DNA of 64,000 bases, taken from assembly GCA_032123335.1 (NCBI GenBank), contig JAQBFN010000001.1, positions 1,244 to 65,243 of the forward strand, given 5' to 3'. The notes below the pieces were generated by a model that was not told where the DNA came from, did no database searches, and was given only the letters and a program-made list of their open reading frames with translations. This DNA comes from Candidatus Micrarchaeota archaeon. Its GTDB lineage: Archaea; Micrarchaeota; Micrarchaeia; Anstonellales; Bilamarchaeaceae. The translations under genes were made by a program, and so were the position numbers. Of the stretch, positions 60,133-64,000 are shown one piece after another (position 1 is the stretch's first letter; every line of letters begins with the position of its first letter).

Positions 60133-60885
60133 ATGAGGCTCTTATTTGCAGCAGTGCTGCTGTTTTCGTTGCTTAATGCTACTTTTGTGGAGGGGGAGGT
60201 GTACAGCATAGACAGCCTTTTTCCGATTGAGGGCGTTGTTTTGAAGGCTTCGGGGCCAACTTCAGTGCAGATGGTTCTTGAGGAAGGAAGCTACTCTGTG
60301 GAATTGCCTCCGGGAGAATATGAAGTAAGTGCATACTATTATGTGAACGGGAGCCTCAAGTATTATTTCAAGGAAGAGGTTGTTGTAGGCGGGGAAAGAA
60401 TGCAGTATGATTTGGTTTTGTTTCCCCCGGATGAGTTTGAGGAAGTTGTGCCCTTTGTGAGCTATGTGATTGAGGATGTCCCTGGAGAAGCTGCGGATGA
60501 CGCTGTTGCGCAGGTGCTTGCAGGGGTAATTATCCTCCTGTTTTTCCTGGTTGGGTTTGTGCTGTACTATTTTGTGTTCAACAAGCAGACGGATGCGGAA
60601 GTTTCCGGGATGTCTGGGGTAAAGCCGGGCGCAGGGTTCAGGAAAGAGATGGACTCTGAAGAGAAAAGAGTTCTTGAAATCCTTAAGAAAAGTGAGGGAA
60701 TGGGCACGCAGAAGGAATTGAGGGGGATAATGAAATGCACGGACACTAAGATGAGCCTGCTTGTTTCCTCGCTTGAGGCGCGCGGGCTTGTAAAAAGGAT
60801 AAAAAGGGGAAGGGAGAAAATTGTGAAGCTGACACTTGATAGCGGACCCACACACCCGCTACAAAGTGGCAAAGGGGCAAAATAA
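60133..60885 (+). CDS. membrane-anchored winged-helix transcription regulator with an extracytoplasmic CarboxypepD_reg-like domain
   Basis: Signal/TM1, IEGVVLKASG...ELPPGEYEVSAYYYVNG (Ig-like), a TM (VLAGVIILLFFLVGFVLYYFVF), and a C-terminal wHTH EEKRVLEILKKSEGMGTQKELRGIMKCTDTKMSLLVSSLEARGLVKRIKRGREKIVKL. Confidence 0.6.
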   Translation: MRLLFAAVLLFSLLNATFVEGEVYSIDSLFPIEGVVLKASGPTSVQMVLEEGSYSVELPPGEYEVSAYYYVNGSLKYYFKEEVVVGGERMQYDLVLFPPDEFEEVVPFVSYVIEDVPGEAADDAVAQVLAGVIILLFFLVGFVLYYFVFNKQTDAEVSGMSGVKPGAGFRKEMDSEEKRVLEILKKSEGMGTQKELRGIMKCTDTKMSLLVSSLEARGLVKRIKRGREKIVKLTLDSGPTHPLQSGKGAK

Positions 60886-61520
60886 TGATTACATATGAGG
60901 AAATCGAATTGAGGGGGCCGGAGCTCCAGGATGTAGAAACACTGCACAAGAACATAAGCGAGGCGGAAACAAACCCGCTTCTGATGAATGCATATTATCC
61001 GCTTTCCACTGTGGGGGTTGTGGAATTCCTTAAAGTGAAGGTGCATGCTGCACGGGAGAGAAAAGGATATTTATTTTCGATTTATGTGGAGGGTGAAGGG
61101 CCGCTTGGGTTGCTTGAACTCGGAGATATTGACTGGAAATCCAGGCATGCGGATTTGAGCATCTGGATAAGCAAGGGATTCCGGGGGCGCGGGTATGAGA
61201 AAAAAGCTGCGATTGCTGCATTGCATTTTGCATTCAAGGAGCTTGGGATGCACAAGGTGAGTGCGCACTGCGCAATGAATGATGAAATGCTCTGCCCGCT
61301 TTATGAGAAAGAGCTTGTTTTTGCGAAAGAGGGAACGTTGCGCGAGCATTATTTCCATGAGGGGAGGCACATAGGGGTTCTTCTTTACGGGATACTTGAG
61401 AAGGAATACCTGAATCTGTTTGGGGGGAAGGACGTGGAGATAAGTGCCCAGAAGAGCTCCGGGGCTGGGCAAAGGATTGAATTCCAAGAGGGGGCGAAAG
61501 AGCCTGTTTATCAGCAGTAG
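60885..61520 (+). CDS. GNAT family N-acetyltransferase (RimJ/RimL-like)
   Basis: IELRGPELQDVETL..., ISKGFRGRGYEKKAAIAALHFAFKELGMHKV (acetyl-CoA loop R/Q-x-x-G-x-G/A). 211 aa. Confidence 0.75.
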   Translation: MITYEEIELRGPELQDVETLHKNISEAETNPLLMNAYYPLSTVGVVEFLKVKVHAARERKGYLFSIYVEGEGPLGLLELGDIDWKSRHADLSIWISKGFRGRGYEKKAAIAALHFAFKELGMHKVSAHCAMNDEMLCPLYEKELVFAKEGTLREHYFHEGRHIGVLLYGILEKEYLNLFGGKDVEISAQKSSGAGQRIEFQEGAKEPVYQQ

Positions 61521-61529
61521 GTGCAAGAT

Positions 61530-62972
61530 ATGGACGTTGAACTGAAGAAAGTGGGGAATGCAATCTTTGAGATGGAGAAAACCGGGGAAATGAAGGCATC
61601 TGCACTCGTATTTGGAATTCCTAAATTAGTGGAAGATATGAAGAGGGACAGGACTTTTTGGCAGCTTCGTAATGTTGCTAGCCTTAATGGAATTCTGAAG
61701 CATGCAATGGTTATGCCAGATGGGCACGAGGGGTATGGTTTCCCAATTGGGGGTGTTGCTGCATTTGATGGGGAGAGCGGGATTGTTTCCCCTGGGGGGG
61801 TTGGGTATGACATTAATTGCGGGGTTAGGTTGCTCACAACTCCGCTTACCATTGAAGAGGTTAAGCCTAAGATTCGTGAGATTTGCGATTCCATGTTTGC
61901 GAATGTTCCTTCCGGGGTTGGGAGCAAGAGCCAGAAGCTCAGGGTTACGGTTGAGGAGCTCGGCGAGGTTTCCACCCGGGGGGTTGAATGGGCAGTAGAA
62001 AAGGGATACGGAAGGAAGCAGGATTTGGAGCGTACTGAGGAGTATGGAAAAATTGATGGGGCGGATTATGCTGCAGTTTCGGACCTTGCGCGGAAGCGTG
62101 GCACAAAGCAGATTGGAACTCTTGGAGCTGGAAATCATTTTCTTGAAGTGCAGGTTGTTGAGAAAGTATTTTTGCCTGAAGTTGCGGAGAAGTTTGGATT
62201 AAAGGAGGGGATGGTTTGCGTAATGATCCATACGGGTTCGCGCGGGTTTGGGCACCAGATTTGCTCGGATCACCTGAAAAGCGTGATGCGGAAAGCGAAC
62301 GAGCTGAAGCTTCCTCTTCCTGACCCGCAGCTTGTTTATGTTCCTTTGGAAACAAAAGAGGCGCAGGAGTACCTTGGTGCGATGCGCTGTGCTGTTAATT
62401 ATGCGTTTACTAACCGCCAGGTGATTATGCACTGGGTGCGCGAGAGCTTTGATTCTGTTTTTGGTGCGGGCACTTCGGAGAAAATGAACCTGGTTTATGA
62501 TGTGGCGCACAATATTGCGAAGTTTGAGAAGCACAAAATTGATGGGGAAATGCGCAATGTAATTGTGCACAGGAAAGGAGCGACACGTGCATTCCCTGCG
62601 GGAAGGGAAGAGCTTCCCCCTATTTACAGGGATGTGGGGCAGCCTGTGATTATCCCCGGGAGCATGGGAACTGCATCATATGTGCTTGTGGGCCGGGAGA
62701 AAGGATTGGATTTGTGTTTTGGGAGCACGTGCCACGGAAGCGGGAGAACGATGAGCAGGCATGAAGCCGTGCGCAGGCACATGGGGAAGGATGTGGCGAA
62801 GGGGCTCTGGGATTCAAAAGGGATTTATGTGAGGGCTATGGATATGCGCGTAGTTGCGGAAGAGGCTCCGGATGCATACAAGGATGTGGATGATGTTGTG
62901 CAGAGCGTAGCTGAAGCTGGAATTTCGGATATTGTTGCTAAATTGAGGCCCCTGGGTGTTGTGAAGGGCTAG
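61530..62972 (+). CDS. rtcB: RNA-splicing ligase RtcB
   Basis: VMPDGHEGYGFPIGGVAAFD, GAGNHFLEV, HTGSRGFGHQ and STCHGSGR motifs; no intein. The track ORF opens at GTG 61521; ATG 61530 is preferred. Confidence 0.9.
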   Translation: MDVELKKVGNAIFEMEKTGEMKASALVFGIPKLVEDMKRDRTFWQLRNVASLNGILKHAMVMPDGHEGYGFPIGGVAAFDGESGIVSPGGVGYDINCGVRLLTTPLTIEEVKPKIREICDSMFANVPSGVGSKSQKLRVTVEELGEVSTRGVEWAVEKGYGRKQDLERTEEYGKIDGADYAAVSDLARKRGTKQIGTLGAGNHFLEVQVVEKVFLPEVAEKFGLKEGMVCVMIHTGSRGFGHQICSDHLKSVMRKANELKLPLPDPQLVYVPLETKEAQEYLGAMRCAVNYAFTNRQVIMHWVRESFDSVFGAGTSEKMNLVYDVAHNIAKFEKHKIDGEMRNVIVHRKGATRAFPAGREELPPIYRDVGQPVIIPGSMGTASYVLVGREKGLDLCFGSTCHGSGRTMSRHEAVRRHMGKDVAKGLWDSKGIYVRAMDMRVVAEEAPDAYKDVDDVVQSVAEAGISDIVAKLRPLGVVKG

Positions 62973-63592
62973 ATTCCAGAACTGGAGAAGAAGTCCTTTC
63001 CGCTTAATTTTATTTGCTGTGCTTCATAGTGTGCAGTGCCAATTGCCTTGCTGAGCTCAGCGTAGGTTTCTGCCCCTGCAATTGCCGACGTGGTTGTGAG
63101 CAGATGGGAAATCGGCATTCCTCTGTATGCCCCGAAGAATTTAGTTACCTCTATCGCTTTTCCAAGAGAGGAAACCTTTGCGGCTGCTTCAAAAAGGAAA
63201 ATGATTGCCTGGGGCATAGCATCCCCCTCTTCCTGGTGCGCAATTGCGATTGCGCGGTTCATTGACCATTCGAAAATCTTTACTCCGTGTTCATGCTTGA
63301 GCATTTCAGCTGAGATGGAAGCTATCCACACATTCAATCCAGAGATTGAGTTGAATTTCTTTTCCTCAATGTTTGCGAAACAAAGGGGGAAGTTGGATTT
63401 TATGAACTCCTCCATTGAAGTTGAGAGTGAAGAGGTGTGTTTCCGTATTCTTACCCCCCTAAAAAGAATGGAAACCGAATCCCTTATCGCTCCATTCATT
63501 TGCTCCTGGAGCTTATTCACGAATGCTGCCCTTTCTGGACCATTAGAATGAGGAGTATCTCTGGGGGTATTGGGGATTCTTCTTTGCTTCAT
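62969..63592 (-). CDS. hypothetical protein
   Basis: 207-aa ORF. No family recognised. 4-nt convergent overlap with the rtcB stop. Confidence 0.45.
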   Translation of the reverse strand: MKQRRIPNTPRDTPHSNGPERAAFVNKLQEQMNGAIRDSVSILFRGVRIRKHTSSLSTSMEEFIKSNFPLCFANIEEKKFNSISGLNVWIASISAEMLKHEHGVKIFEWSMNRAIAIAHQEEGDAMPQAIIFLFEAAAKVSSLGKAIEVTKFFGAYRGMPISHLLTTTSAIAGAETYAELSKAIGTAHYEAQQIKLSGKDFFSSSGI

Positions 63593-63626
63593 AAAAACAC
63601 TTCAAAAGAGAAAATTCCCGAGAAAC

Positions 63627-63697
63627 CGGAGGAGAAATTTGTCCCCTCCGCATCGTGAGCTATCTGCTCACGAGAAGAAAGCAAAGCTTTCTCAGAT
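63627..63697. other. intergenic array of three hairpins, including one copy of the 26-nt motif
   Basis: CGGAGG-12 nt-CCTCCG (63627-63650). CGTGAGC-tatct-GCTCACG (63654-63672). gagaAGAAAGC-aaa-GCTTTCTcagat (63672-63697), followed by a second TCTCAGAT. Confidence 0.65.
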
Positions 63698-63722
63698 TCT
63701 CAGATCAGTATGAAAAAGAAAG

Positions 63723-64000
63723 TTAGACGTACCTGAAGGACGCCTCATCGTTGATGTCAGTCTCTCCGCCGCTTGCGGGTGCCTCACCATCGGAGGTGTT
63801 CGCACGCTCGGGATGTGCCGCATCGTCTGAGTCTCCGCCCATCTTGCCTGCAAAGAAGCCAATTGCGGCTACCACTACAAGGCCGAACAGGAGAATCGGG
63901 ATTTCAAGCTCTCCATCGAACGGGCCACATGCGGGGCAGTCAAGCTTCGGGCAGGTTGTTTTTGTACACGGCTGGCAGTTGATTTTGCAGTCGCACACAG
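63723..64000 (-). CDS. C-terminal end of a membrane-anchored Cys-rich protein (5' part lies beyond the window)
   Basis: The reading frame is open to the window edge. ..CDCKINCQPCTKTTCPKLDCPACGP.., TM ILLFGLVVVAAIGFFAG, and an acidic cytoplasmic tail. Confidence 0.4.
   Translation of the reverse strand, partial: VCDCKINCQPCTKTTCPKLDCPACGPFDGELEIPILLFGLVVVAAIGFFAGKMGGDSDDAAHPERANTSDGEAPASGGETDINDEASFRYV

Overview
Compact archaeal chromosomal segment with about 70 protein genes and one tRNA. Many neighbouring genes overlap by 1-4 nt at start/stop. The archaeal call rests on TFB, aIF5A, NAC, Kae1, Rpo11/L, exosome Csl4, membrane LonB, class I LysRS, Trm1, RtcB and archaeal/eukaryal-type ribosomal proteins (S24e, S27ae, S3Ae, S15, L40e, L24e, S28e, L7Ae). 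Two of these (S27ae, L40e) and the edge-truncated trkA are missing from the ORF track and were found by hand translation. Accessory blocks interrupt the housekeeping genes. (1) 31.8-39.7 kb holds a 1857-aa beta-helix/DUF11-like surface protein and two membrane-anchored (Thr-Asp)n repeat proteins. (2) 39.7-43.5 kb holds orphan genes, including a tandem pair of arrestin/Spo0M-like single-domain proteins, next to tRNA-Thr(UGU). (3) 45.9-50.0 kb holds pgk-gadC-gadB, a bacterial-style glutamate decarboxylase/antiporter module. (4) 54.2-60.9 kb is a second surface island: a Cys-rich modular membrane protein, two more (Thr-Asp)n proteins, a secreted pair, and a membrane-anchored winged-helix regulator. 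Two further signals stand out. L7Ae and S24e, 23 kb apart, carry a homologous Lys/Glu/Pro-rich C-terminal tail and share an identical 12-mer across the stop codon. Four intergenic loci carry arrays of short hairpins, each array containing one copy of a 26-nt motif whose stem shows compensatory changes. I saw no rRNA, cas genes, transposase, integrase or reverse transcriptase. All product calls come from reading motifs by eye; no database search or folding was run, and start codons are best guesses.
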